Shown one piece after another: positions 37,286-49,479 of a stretch of DNA of 64,000 nt. The stretch lies in contig OY253671.1 in NCBI GenBank assembly GCA_958009085.1, positions 496,001-560,000 of the forward strand, given 5' to 3'. Below the pieces are notes generated by a model. The model searched no databases, was not told the origin of the DNA, and saw only the letters and a program-made list of their open reading frames with translations. The DNA is from Protoeuglena noctilucae (Eukaryota). Both the position numbers and the translations under genes were made by a program. The first letter of the stretch is position 1. Each line of letters starts with the position of its first letter.

Positions 37286-40200
37286 ATGAGCGCAGTGACC
37301 TCGTGTCCGATGTGTGCGCGGCAAGCGCCCGCCGCGAGCTCGTCGGGGGCGGCGGGTACGCTCGGCATGCGGACGCAAACTGGTATCGCCGCGAACCGGG
37401 GAGGCAGAACCATTGCCCGCGCACAGGTGGGAGCTGACCGCACTCGTGAGTAGTGGATGGCGGTGTGTGCGCCTCGAGGCGCTCCAAGCATCCATCTCAT
37501 TCCTCACAGACCCGGCCGAGGCCATCCGTGCCCTCGCTGCCCACGGGCATCATCCGGGACGTGCGGGAGCTGGGCCCCTTAGGGCTGGACACGAGTTTTG
37601 ACGAGGGCGACTTCCGCCTTCGCGACGTGAAGAACACCTCCTACGTTTCCCGTCGGCGGATGGACGACGCGGACTTCAACCCCGACGAGGTCGACGTCGA
37701 TGGACTCCCGCTGGTGTACAACGAGGCCCGGGTGTCGCAGTACTGGGGGCAGCGCCCGGGAGAGCTCGCCAAGCGATGGGCCAACTTCGTGGGCATCTCG
37801 GCCCCCTGGCTCACGAGCCTGGCCAACGCCTTCATCCAGGGCCGCATCGGCGACGAGGCCACGCAGCGCGCCCTGGCCCGCGATGCTGTGGTGAACCTGG
37901 AGAAGCTCGGGCCCACCTTCATCAAGCTCGGGCAGGTGGGCGGGGGTCGTGGGCGTCGCTCTGCGCCAGGCCGGTGCTCCTGGGCCCATGAATGGGATTG
38001 CTCACTCGGTGCATGGAGCCTCCCTCCTCTCATGCGCTGTAACAAGTGCCACGATTGGTGCTCAGCGGCCCATTTCTGATCCTCCCGCAGATCCTGTCTA
38101 TCCGCCCTGACGTCCTCCCTCCGGCCGTCATGTCCGAGCTGGGCAGCCTGCAGGACCGCATCCGCCCTTTCGACACCAAGGAGGCGCGGCGCATGGTCGA
38201 GGAGGAGCTGGGGCGGCCGCCGGAGGACGTGTTCAGTGAGTTCAGCGAGGAGCCCGTGGCGGCAGCATCTCTCGCCCAGATGAGTGGGTGCGCGGGGTGT
38301 ATGAGGTGGCAAGGTTCTTTGGGTGCAGGCGAGGTGTCTAGGAGTGCTGGCGTGGTGCGTGGGGTGCAGGCGAGGTGCCTGCAGTGCCGCCAAGTACAGT
38401 TGGACATGCCGCAATGCATTTCACACCCTGCAGGTCTATCGCGCCCGGGTGCGTGAGACGGGGCAGCTGGTCGCAGTGAAGGTGCAGCGTCCGGGGGCGC
38501 TCGCGACCATCTCCAAGGACCTGTACGTCATGCGGAGGGCCGTGGGTGTTTACGAGAAGATTATGCGGCGCTTCACGGCTCAGACGACCGGTGAGGTCCA
38601 TGGTCGCGGTCCCATCCACGACCGCTGCTCGGGTCGACCGTGCTGCCGGGCGAACGTCACGGGTCGCGCTGTGCTCGCAGACTACCAGGAGCTTCTGAGT
38701 ACGTACGCGGAGGGGCTGTACACGGAAATGGATTTCAGAAACGAGGCGCTCAACGCGGTCCGGATGCGCGAGCTCCTGGCCTCTTCCGACATCACGCAAG
38801 TCGACGGCGTGGTCGTCCCGCAGCCGCTGCTGGACCTGACGACGCGGCGCGTGCTGACGATGGAGTGGGTCACGGGCGTCAAGCTCACGACGCTGCCGCC
38901 CGAGGAGATTCGTGCTCTGTGCCGCGTCGGGCAAGAGGCCTTCCTCGTGCAGCTCCTGGAGATCGGGTTCTTCCACGGCGACCCGCACCCGGGCAACCTG
39001 CTGAAGATCACCGAGGGCCCCGATGCCGGCAAGCTCGCCGTGCTCGACTGGGGCTTGGTTGCCGAGATCCCAAGCCCGGACCGCGAGGCCATGGTTCGCG
39101 CCACCATCCACCTGGCGAACCGCGACTGGGCCGCCCTCGTCGACGACTTCGTGGCTCTGGGGTTCCTTCCCTCGGACGCGGATCGCCGCCTCATCATCCC
39201 CGTCATGGACCGCGTTCTGTCGCCCTACCTCCGCGGGGGTGGCGCACGGGCCTTCAGCTTCCAGATGCTCAGCCAGGATCTTCTGGCAGCCACGCTCGAG
39301 ATCCCGTTTAGGTGACGCGCCGTGACCAACGCAGCTGGCCTCTGCCACACACGCTTGCGTGCTTGCCTCAGAGGGTTGCGACGAGCATAAGCGCCGCCGT
39401 TGGTATCACTCTCAATGAGTCGCTCCTGCATCCGCACCCGCAGCGTGCCCCCGTACATGTCCCTCCTGGCGCGCTCGGTGGCGACCCTCGAGGGCATCGC
39501 TTTGGCCGGGGACCCCAACTACCAAATGGTCGCGCAGGCCTTCCCCTTCGTCGTGCGCAAGGTCCTCCGCAACGACTCGAGGGGCACTGCCCTCGTGCTT
39601 CGGGAAATCCTCTATGACGCGGACGGCAAGATGCGGCCCGCGCGCCTGTCCTCCCTCCTCAACGCAGCCCTCGGGTGGGTGCCGGGTCGGCCAGGCAGGG
39701 CCGAGCACGCGGGGGCGAGGACTGCAAGGGAGCCGGGCGCGCAAGCTAGTCGTGGCTGGCACACAACCGGCCCCCTTGTGGACCGCAGTTTCGTGGCGGA
39801 CCGCACCGACGGCTTCGTGGACTTTGACGCCGTGCCAGACGACGGCGCGTCGACGCCTGAGATCGTGGCCTTCCTCCTGAGCGCGGACGCCGAGCGGCTG
39901 CGGCCCTGGCTGGTCGGGGAGCTCGTGGCGGGCATCGACCTCTACGCCCGCGACCGCGGCCGCAAGTCCCTGGCGCAGTTAGAGGCGGTCCTGACCCCTC
40001 GCCTGCCCTTCCTGGGCGCCCTGCCCGCCCCGCCGCCCCCGCCCCTCTTCGTCCCCGGCCTGGGCCTCGTGCCTCCCCGCGATCTGGTGGAAAAGCTGCT
40101 CCCGCCACTCTCGCCCGAGGACCAGGTTTACCTCGAGTCCCTCATCGGCCTGGCAGCGACGGTGCTCGGGGTGGCACCCGCGGACCTCGACTCCCCCGGG

Positions 40201-40743
40201 CTGGACCGCACACTCGCAGTGCTGCTCAACCCCACCCAGCAGCAGCGGGAGGTCCAGGACGTCCTGGCGCGGCTTGCGGCGGGAGAGGATGGCGCGGAGG
40301 TCGCGCAGGACATCGCAGAGCAGGTGAGCTGTCACTCAGCTTGGTCAGCGCTGAGCTGGGGGGGTTCGTTGGGCTGGGGTGCAGCACCGGTGGGGGCATC
40401 TGCCGGCACGTTGCACATCGCCGGGGCGTGGGCCAAACTGTGATTTCCCGGCGGACGCGGAGTGCTTCTTTGTTGCGCGCAGGTGATGGACACGCTCGTG
40501 ACCATCACTGCCGAGCGCGCGGGCGTGCCTGTGTCTACGCTCTTCCCGTGGTACGAGGGCTTGCGCGATGTGGCGCGGGAGCAGGTCACGACCATCCGCT
40601 CCTACGCCCGGACCGTGCGAGTCCCAGCTTCCGCTCCCGGCGGCGCATCCACGCCGGCGACTTCGGTGGGCGCGCAGCGACCTTCGGAAGAGGTCAGGGT
40701 CCCGGGGCCCGAGCTGGTGGCGGCCTTTTTCCCACGGTCATGA
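37286..40743 (+). CDS. ABC1/UbiB-family atypical kinase (ABC1K), plastid-targeted
   Basis: LEKLGPTFIKLGQ|ILSIRPD, PVAAASLAQ|VYRA, VAVKVQRP, EMDFRNEALN, VLTMEWVTG, GFFHGDPHPGNLL and LDWGLV. Transit-peptide-like first exon at 37286. Confidence 0.93.
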
Positions 40744-40828
40744 CAGCGGGTCGCGGTGTGTTTTCAGTCCCTAAAACCGCGTTCAACAGCACTTGAACAT
40801 GGGCAACGCTCACACAACAACAGGCCGG

Positions 40829-41390
40829 TCACTTGTCGCCCTCCAGCTCCGCCACCCTCGCTTCCAGCTCCTCGATCCTCTTCTGCGCGGGAGGGGCACG
40901 CTCTCATCGGTCTCCAGCGCGATGCATGGGCGACAATGGGCGACACCTGGGTTGCTTTGCAGCGTGAGCGGTGTACACAGAGGCAAGGGACGCGCAGCAC
41001 TGCTGTGCTACACGAGTTCGCCATGCACAGAGGCTGCGCCTCGCCTGCGCCTCCTCGAGTTGCTTGCTGAGGTCTTCCTTCTCCGCCTGCATGGCCGCCA
41101 TGTCCTCGGGCGTGGGCGCCCCCAGCTGCGTCTTGAGGAAATCCACCGCCTTTTGGGGTTTCGCCTCGCTCTCGTAAAGAGCCACCAGCGCCTGCGGGCG
41201 GCGAGCCGCGGTGGAATGCTGGTGAGTGATGACACTCCATGGGCGCCACTGCACCAACGTCACCATATGATAGCCCATCTTCTGCGACCCGCTCAGCGCT
41301 CGCGCGGCCGTCCGTCACCTTCGTCATGGCATCAATGACCCCGGACGTCTCCAGATACTTCCGGAACGTCTCCTTCTTCTCCGTCGACAT
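40829..41390 (-). CDS. MYCBP: c-Myc-binding protein (MYCBP/AMY-1, Chlamydomonas FAP174-like)
   Basis: MSTEKKETFRKYLETSGVIDAMTK|ALVALYESEAKPQKAVDFLKTQLG...EEAQ|KRIEELEARVAELEGDK*. Confidence 0.9.
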
Positions 41391-42008
41391 GGCCACGCTC
41401 GATGCGCGTCCCCACGGCTGCCCGTGCCCCTTCCTGCCCCGTCCCCAGGCCCAGTGCTCTGCAGTCATGCGCAGGAGTGCCACATGGACGCGGGTGTCCC
41501 GAAAAAGTGGCGCGGAGGCCACGAAAGTGGCCGGCTGTTTCTGGGAGCGCTGCGTGGCCATTCCCGCGACAACAGGGCCCGGGCCACGCCGGCAAAGTGC
41601 CATCGCCGGTTCTCGACAAGACGGAGGTACGCATGGCGCAAGGGCTGGGCGCGCCAGATGCGCCTGGCAAATGCATGCGTTCACGAAACATGCCGAGGGT
41701 CTGCACATGCCCCGCAGCCCCGGGGTCGGTGCCAAGTCGATGGTCCGGCTCTGTAACCCAAGGACCGCAAAGTTCGCTATTTGCGCCCGAAGCTAGCCGC
41801 GTCCGCACCTCTCCGTCTCGCGTCCAGCGACTGATGTGAACTGCAAACGCCCAAGGATGCTTGCACCCACACAGCACGCGTGCGTGGCGTCAGAATCGTC
41901 TGCAGAATACCCGACGGCCGCAGGCAGGCCGTCTCCGTGGCTTTTCCTCCGAAAACTCTTTCTGACCAGTCAGACGGGCTCATCGGGACTGAACTACCCC
42001 CTGCCGCG

Positions 42009-42031
42009 CTCCCTTCCGGTCCTTTCCGTTT
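42009..42031 (+). promoter_or_regulatory. Pyrimidine tract just upstream of the RPL36 ATG (possible TOP/TCT-like initiator)
   Basis: ctcccttccggtcctttccgttt lies 16-38 nt before ATG 42047. Such tracts are typical of ribosomal-protein transcript starts, but the TSS is not known. Confidence 0.35.
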
Positions 42032-42046
42032 GATGTGTTGGGCGAA

Positions 42047-43135
42047 ATGACCGCGACGGTTGAGGGGTTGGCCGTGGGCCTGAACAAGGGCCGGGTGGGG
42101 AAGGAGAAGGGGCCCCAGCGCGCGTCCCATGCCAACAGCCGGGTGAGGCGGCTCCTCTGCACCTAAGGACACGCGGGAGGGGACCTGCATCGGGGCGCGG
42201 CGCCCAGCGGGTCCCTTCCGCGCAGCCGAGTTGCCGGACGGCGCCCTCCCCCCGCGCCGCGTCGGGATGCGCTCCCCCGCTAACAGTTCGGCGGTGGGGG
42301 TTTCCGTCTTGGCTTCGGCCACCCTCCGGGAGCTCCCACGCCGCGAACGGGCTTGGTCGGGCTCGCCCACCTCGTCCCCGCGGGGCTGCCGCATCTCTCC
42401 GCTGTAACTTGTCGCCTCGACTGTCGTCGGGGCGTGCTGCCGGTCGGCGCTGCCTCTGGCCACGCGGGCAAGGGTTCCGGCGTTCCTGCTCCTCGGCTGG
42501 GGGAGCTGGGAGCCTGCCTTGCCTCCTCGTCGTTATGGTTGCCGCCTGTGTCGCGGCGGACGGCCCGGGAGCTCGCAGCGCTTCTGCCCGGGGACCTGCG
42601 CCGCGGTGCGGCCGCCCATCCTCTTCTCGTGCCCCCTCTGCACCCAGAGGATCTCCACGCGGACCAAGTTCGTGCGGAGCCTGATTCGGGAGGTCTGCGG
42701 CATGGCGCCGTACGAGAAGCGCATCAGTGAGCTTCTGAAGGTGCGCGCCGCGGGCAGCCAGGGGTTGCCGCGCGACCGGCGTGGCGGGCGGCGTTCCGTC
42801 GCTGTCCGGCGTCGCTGTCCTGCACCGTGGCCTCGTCGCTGGCATCGTGGGCGCGGCGGATTGGCCAGAGCCGCGCCGCGCTGCCGTCGTGTGTTTTTCC
42901 TCTGGCCTCTGAGCCGTAGGCCATCTCTCAGCCGATGAGGATTCGGTCATTGACGTGGGTGTCTCCACCGCCGCAGGTGGGCAAGGACAAGCGCGCGCTC
43001 AAGATGGCGAAGCGCAAGCTGGGGACGCACCGTCGCGCCAAGGCCAAGCGTGAGGAGATCTCGAACCTCATGCGCAAGGCCGCCCAGAAGAAGAAGCAGG
43101 AGGAGAAGGAGAGCCACGCGCACGGCCACAAGTAG
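42047..43135 (+). CDS. RPL36: 60S ribosomal protein L36 (eL36), 3 exons (42047-42142, 42648-42740, 42977-43135)
   Basis: [62 protein letters not shown]. Confidence 0.96.
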
Positions 43136-43808
43136 TCGCGCGGTTGTGCCTGGGGTGTGAGCGAAGCGGAGGAGCTGCGAGGCGACGAGGAGCTGCCCCT
43201 GGCCGCCACGCGGCGTGCAGCGCGGGCGTCCTACCTGTGGCGCCGGTGGTTCCGACCCGCCTAGCGTCTTGAACGCGCATGTCTGCGAGGTGCCAGAAAC
43301 AGAGGTGTTGGGGGCGACATGCGAGGCAGCGCTCCTCGGCAACCGGTCAGTCAAGACGCATCTCACGTAGCCCCAGTCGTTTCCCCCCGACATCCTGACC
43401 GGCGAGGCCGGAAGACGTAACAGCGTGCGACGCGGGGCCGATTGAGGGGAGCTGCGGGGTTCTGAAGAACGAACATCACAAGCCTGCTCGGCGGGAGGGA
43501 GGGGGAGGAGCTTTTGGGAACGCTCGGACGCCAGGCGTGGCCACGCGGCGTCGCGATGGCACCCGTTGGCGTTTGAGGGGCCCGAAGCCCAGGTGGGTTT
43601 CCAAAGTAACCGAGCGGCGAAGCGGGTTGCCGTCGGCGGGCCCGTCCTTTGGCTGGTGTCCGGGGCATTTGTCCGGGGCGCCGGCAAGCGCTACCCGGCA
43701 TCCCGAGGGCGGTTTCAGCCTCTGCTTGGGGAGCTTTATGACTTACGGGCACCTCCCCGGCCCCCGCGCGTCGCAGGAGGGCGGCCCCTTCCCGGGCGCA
43801 CGCGGGAA

Positions 43809-46800
43809 ATGGACTCCGCCGAGATGGGGGGCCTCTGCGGCCTCCTGTGCTTTGGGAATCGGCGGAGGAGGCCTCCGGCAAGGCATGCGGTCCAGGACGC
43901 CGCGGTTGGCGCGTCGCCGCAGTACGGGGTCAAGCGCAAGCACTCGGACGGGGCGGGGGAGGGCCCGGAGAAACCGCCACCTCCCCAGCCGGTTAAGGAC
44001 GCGGAGCAACAGGCGCTTGTAGAGCGCAGGTGGGCTCGTCGCGCTCCGCCGGTGCGGCGGCGAGACTGCGTGGTGCTGGGACGCCGCATGCGTGGAGCCC
44101 CGACTCCTCTCGCGCCCGCAGGGCCACTAACGCGGCGGCGTCGACCGCGCCAGGGGCCATTCGCTCTGCGATCAATGCCTCCGAGATGCCGTCGCACCGC
44201 GTGGTGCCCCCGGGAGAGGGAGCGCGTCGACAGGCGCGCATCGCGTCTTCGGGGGTGGTGTCCCGCGACTGGTGGCAGGCCGAGTGCTCGCCGGGGAGGC
44301 TGGAGGATACGTACGAGATCGGGCGCGTGATCGGGCGCGGGGCGTACTCGGCGGTGATGGAGGGCATTGACCGAACGACCCGGGAGCGTTACGCCGTCAA
44401 GACGGTCAAGCTCAAGCCGAGCAAGCGCGGCGACGAGCGGTCGATGATCAAGAAGCGCGACAAGGTCCTCGCCGAGGCGTACCTCACGTGGATTTGCGAC
44501 CACGACAACATCCTGGCCATGCGGGAGTTCTTCGTCCAGTCCGACCGCGTCACCCTCGTCCTCGAGCTCATGCGAGGCGGCTCGCTCTTCGACTCCATCC
44601 TCGAGAGCGGCGGCTTTACCGAGGGCGAGATTCGCCTCATCGCCCGGCAGCTCTGCACCGGTGAGCTGCCCTGGGCACTGCGCTGGCGCTGGCCACGGGG
44701 TCACGGGGTGCGTCAGCGCTTCACCACCGGTCGCCTCCGCGTGTCCACGCAGCCCTCGACTACCTGCACAAGCGGCACATCGTGCACCGGGACATCAAGC
44801 TCGAGAATCTCCTGCTGGAGTGGCCCGACGGGCTGGACAGCCTCAAGATCGCCGACATGGGCTTCGCCGTCAGCTTGACAGGGGGCCCGGCCAGCCGCAA
44901 GACCATGGCGGGCACCCCGGCGTACCTGGCCCCCGAGGTCATCCTGGCCATGCAGGACGGGGACGCGGTCAACATGCACGAGTGCCTCACGCCGGCGCTC
45001 AAGGTCTGGGCCGCGGGCGTCTCGGTCTTCCTGCTGCTGGGTGGCTACCCGCCCTTCGAGGGCAGCACCACCCGCGACCTCTTCAACTCCATCCTCGACC
45101 AGCCCCTGTCCTTCGACGCGCCCAGCTGGGAGCACGTGTCGGACGAGGCGAAGGACTTCGTGTCGCGGCTGCTGGACAAGGACATGGGCTCGCGGGCGAC
45201 CGCGGCCGAGGCGCTGCAGCACCCGTGGTTCCTGATGCCCTCCTCGGAGCTGGGGGCGCACCTGACGGAGAGCTTCGAGAACCTACAGAAGCTGGCGCCC
45301 ACGATGCAGCGCCGACGCGACCCCACCGACCCCTTCATCAAGCCGTCCTTCTTCCTCACCCTCCAGGAACGCCACGCCACGTCCATGGGCCACGGGTGAG
45401 CGGGCGGGCGGGCTCAAGGGCTCGTCGCAACCCTTCCCTGGCCGTGCAGTGGTGCCGTGAATGCCGACGGTGAAGCTGCGATCGCGGTTCTGATCGCGAC
45501 CGACGCCGCTCTGCGTGCTCGCTCCCCCCGCAGGCTCGACCGCAGCCTGCGCGACATCTTCAATCGCAACAAGAAGCGCACCAAGCTGGAGATCATAGAG
45601 GAGCGGGCGCGGGCCCACCGATTGTCGCAGGATTCCGAGTCCGAGATTGACTCGGCGTGGGGCGGGTCGGAGCGCATCTCGCAGGAGCTGTCGCGGCGGC
45701 AGGGGACGGGGCTGAGCGAGGCGGGCAGCCGGCGGCGGGGGCATTTGGCAGGGACGCCGTCGGTGCTGGGGCCGCGCGCCACGCGGGGCGAGGGGCGCGC
45801 GCGGGAGGCGAGCGCGAGGGACCTAGTGCTGTCCGGCCATGGACAGGACGGCGACTCGGTCACGGCGGCGCTGGGCCAAGGCGGGAAGGGACGCGCGCAC
45901 CGGAGCGGATCTACCAACGAGGTGAGAGCCGATGATCTTGCGCCGGGGATGGCTGTAGCGGAGATGACGCATCTGGTTTCGCTTTGTCTGCCGGCAGTGG
46001 GTCACAGGGCAGCGGGGCCTCGCTCGCAGGACGGCATCGTCGAGGCAGGGTCGGCGACGGTGCGGGGGAGCTCCAAGATGGGCGGCAACTCTGGCAAGAC
46101 GCTGGAGCTGGGGCCCGCGCACGCGGACGGCGTGGGGGAGGCCGTGGTGGTGCTCAGCGATGGGGACGTCTGGGGCATGCCTGGGAGCCCTCACACGCCG
46201 CAGTCAGCACAGGGCCGGGGGCCCGGGCTTCTAGGCGTGACGAACCCCATGGTCGGGGACGGCTGGGTGAATCCGCGGACCGCCTCGGCTACGACGGCGA
46301 GCCCGCTGAGCCGGGGGCCGGGAGTCGACGCGGCCAGGGCCAAGGCCCGGCCTGGGAGCACGCCCAGCCTGCGGCGCACGCTGCTCAACAAGGACTTGCC
46401 GAGCGACACGGCGAACGCGACCCTGCGCGCTGTGGACGAGGAGAGTCCCTCAGAGTCGCAGAACACCTCCAATGCGTCGGGGGCCAGCCGGCGTCCGGAT
46501 GGCACCCCGGGGACGGGTGAGGGAGGCAGCGGGAGGGTGAAGCCCGGGCTACGCGCACATGCGTGTGGTAGTGGCACTGGCCGGGGCACGGGTCACGCGG
46601 GTCGCCCCAATGTTGGTTCCGACCCCCGGCATCTCTGCCGCCCCTCGCAGGGTCTCTGTCACCGCCTTCTCTCCTCACTCGAGCGTCCTGCACCCCTCGC
46701 GGATGCCGTCGATTCAGGTCGCGGAGGCCCTGGAGTACGAGGCGGCGGCGGCGGCGTGGAGGACGGAGCAGCGCAGCCGCGCGACCTCGGGGGCCCACGT

Positions 46801-47501
46801 CATCTCCATGCCCAACTCGTCGGCTGCGTCCAAGACGAGCTCCCGCGACGACATGGTGTCGGTCCCCGTGCCGGCCACGCAGGCGCAGAGCGTGTCGATG
46901 CGGCAGGACCCCGCGATGCCTGGCGCTCCTGGGATCCCCCGGGCGTCGGGCGGCAGCGGCATCATCGCGCCCGTCGGCGACCCGGGGTGGGAGGACCAGT
47001 CGCAGGCAGCGACGGGGTCCATGCGCCTGGTCGGGAGCGGGTCCAACACGCGCGGCGTGAGCGGCATGAGCATCCATGTCGAGGGACACGCCACCCCGGG
47101 GCGGGTGTCCCCGCTGACGCGGTACGGCGGCAGCACCGGCGCAGCCGAAGCCGTGTCCGCCTCCGTGCCCTCTGACACCGCCCCCGTGCCAGGCACGCGC
47201 CCCGCTGCACCGGCCAAGGTCCTTAACCGGCAGCGGACGGAGCCGCCGCCGATGCGAGGGGTTGCACCGATGGCTGGCCCAGACGCAGCCGCTCCCACAG
47301 ACGTGAGCAGAAGCCGCCGACCGTGGTCGATTACCCCCTTCTTTCTCTCATGGTATCACGGCACCACTTTGTAATATCTGTGGAACTCCTCGCTCGCAGG
47401 TCGCCCGCCGGCGGGGCTCGCGGTCGCCCGTGACGAGAGTCGAGCCCGCTCAGCCGCCCAGCCAAGGGCCCTCGGTGGTGCCGGACTGGCGGTGGGAGTA
47501 G
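43809..47501 (+). CDS. CAMK-group Ser/Thr protein kinase with a long disordered C-terminal tail
   Basis: YEIGRVIGRGAYSAV, YAVK, HRDIKLENLL, KIADMG, GTPAYLAPE, LLGGYPPF and WEHVSDEAKDFVSRLL...RATAAEALQHPWF. The last exon probably follows intron 47303-47399 and ends at TAG 47499-47501; the alternative stop is 47374. Confidence 0.85.
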
Positions 47502-47559
47502 GGCGCCCTCCAGCGCCCTCCTTCCCGGCTGCGTCGGTCGCCACTCCCCTGAGGTGTGT

Positions 47560-49479
47560 CAGTCCCTTGCAGCCATGGGATGTGTCGGTCCCTGCCTTGC
47601 AGCCCATTCCCGCTGCATCGTTGCCCGCTATGCCGTCGGACACTGCCCCGCCTGTGTTGGCACGAGAGCACACGTGCCCATGGTGGGAGCCATTGCTGCC
47701 CTGATTCGTTACCATCGCGATGTGACGACGCGTCCAGTCCCGTCCTTGCCAGAGGACTCGTTCTAGCACTTCCCGAACTCGTTCACACTTTTCCCTATAC
47801 GCGACTAGGTGGAAGAAGCGACCACTGGAGGCCAGTGAGCGACCGGGTACACAGACCCCGTCCGCTCTGCGCAGATCCCTCCCAGTTTCTTTCTTGAATT
47901 GGAAATACAACTTCGTCACGACCAACCTCAATGGCTCGTCCCTCCTCGCTCCTCCTCGCTCCTCCTCACTCCTCCTCCCATCTCCTCCCCTGCATCGCAT
48001 GTGCATTGACTAGCCTCGTGACCCGCCGGTCCCCCCCACAGCTCCACAGGCTCACGGCAGCCCTCCCAGCCACCACGCACCCGGGACACGTGCCGGCTGC
48101 GGTCCTCCTCAGTGTCGTCGTCGTCGTCGTCCTCGCTGGCCGTCTCGGCCACATACGCCGACAGGGTCCTCATGTTGAAACCTGATCTGGTGTGGTCCAG
48201 CCCTGCAAGCACAGACGGCGGCCCAGGCGTGGACCATGCGATGCGAGCAAGGGACGGGATCGGTGCGCTTGCTGGTTTCTCTGCTGCTCGCTCACGGGGC
48301 CTCGTCTGCCTCTGCGGGGCGCTGGGCGAATATCCGACCACTGCCGCCATCGCCCGTGCCACGCGAGCAATGTCGACGCTGAAGCCGTCGTAGGCGTCCT
48401 CTGCCCTCTGATTCCTCATCGCCTGGTGTGGGACGTAGCCGAACGGCCTGGACTCCTCGTCGTCCTCCACAGTCCTGCAAAGGTGCCAAAGCGTGTCCGG
48501 TGTTGTAGGCCCGCTCGCCGCTGGACCTGCACATGGGGAGGCGCCCACGTGCACGCCTCACCGCCACTGCATCATCGTGCGACCGTCTCCGCGTGCAGTC
48601 TCGTACATGGTGGTCTCGTCCAGGTTCTGGGGCGGCCTCTTGGTCCGCTCCATGCGTGCGGGCCTCGGGGCCCCCATGGTCCTCTCAGCCTGCTTGCTCT
48701 CGTCGGGAGTCGCTGGCTCTGCCTCCTTGGCCGCGGGGGCCTTGCCCGGGCAGCAGCAGCAGCAGCAGAGGCGACGAGGGAGGCGGTGGCGACAGCAGAA
48801 GAGGAGGAGGGCGAGGACGACGGACGACCCGCCCCCGCCGCCCACGACAGGGCCCCACCACTTCCAGTTCAGGGGGTGGCCGGAGGGTCCCGGCGCCGCC
48901 TGCGGGCGAGGCGGGGCCAGGACATCGCCACCGGCCGCACAAGCGTCGCATGCGGCTGCGCTACGCGGAGCGGCTCCCCACCGTCCACGTGCAGCTCTGG
49001 GTGGTGCCGTTCCCCACGCATGTCTGCGTGACTTGGTGGTTGGCCGTCGAGTCGTTGGGCTGCGTCCTGGCCTGGTCCGTGTTCGAGACCTGGATGTTGC
49101 AGTACACGCCGTCGCTCCCGTCCGACTGGCAGCCAAACCAGCCCCCGGCGCAGGACGTCCAGCCGTAGTCGCACGTGCAAGCGCAGCCCGACACGCTCCC
49201 GTGGCCGCTGCAGTTTGGCGCCACAAGGCACATGGACTGCGGGGGGAGGCTCAACAGGTCACGGGCGCCAGCTGCACCCGGCACATGTCAGCGGTGGAAG
49301 CGGCGGCAGCGCACCGGGGTGGCCGTGGGGGTGGAGCCAGTCGGAGAGGCCTGCGGTGTCGACTGGAGAAGGGACCGGGACGGGCGCAGGAGGGGAGTGG
49401 AGGAGACCCCCCATAGGTGAACTGCGACCAAGGCCGCCGAGAGGGCGAGCGGCCACCAGCAGGACTTGCCACGCTTCAT
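47560..49479 (-). CDS. Type-I membrane protein: signal peptide, EGF-like domain, TM helix, Cys string and cytosolic tail; 3' end approximate
   Basis: Signal-like MKRGKSCWWPLALSAALVAVHLWGVSS, then RSLLQ. EGF-like CLVAPNCSGHG..CACTCDYGW...YC. Hydrophobic WWGPVV...VVLALLLFCC followed by LCCCCCC. Confidence 0.65.

Noticed and set aside
47356..47374. Apparent CDS overlap between the kinase ORF (to 47374) and the minus-strand ORF (to 47356)
   Set aside because: Both ORF ends probably run into introns or UTRs (donor gtgagc at 47303; gtaacg near 47712), so a true coding overlap is unsupported.
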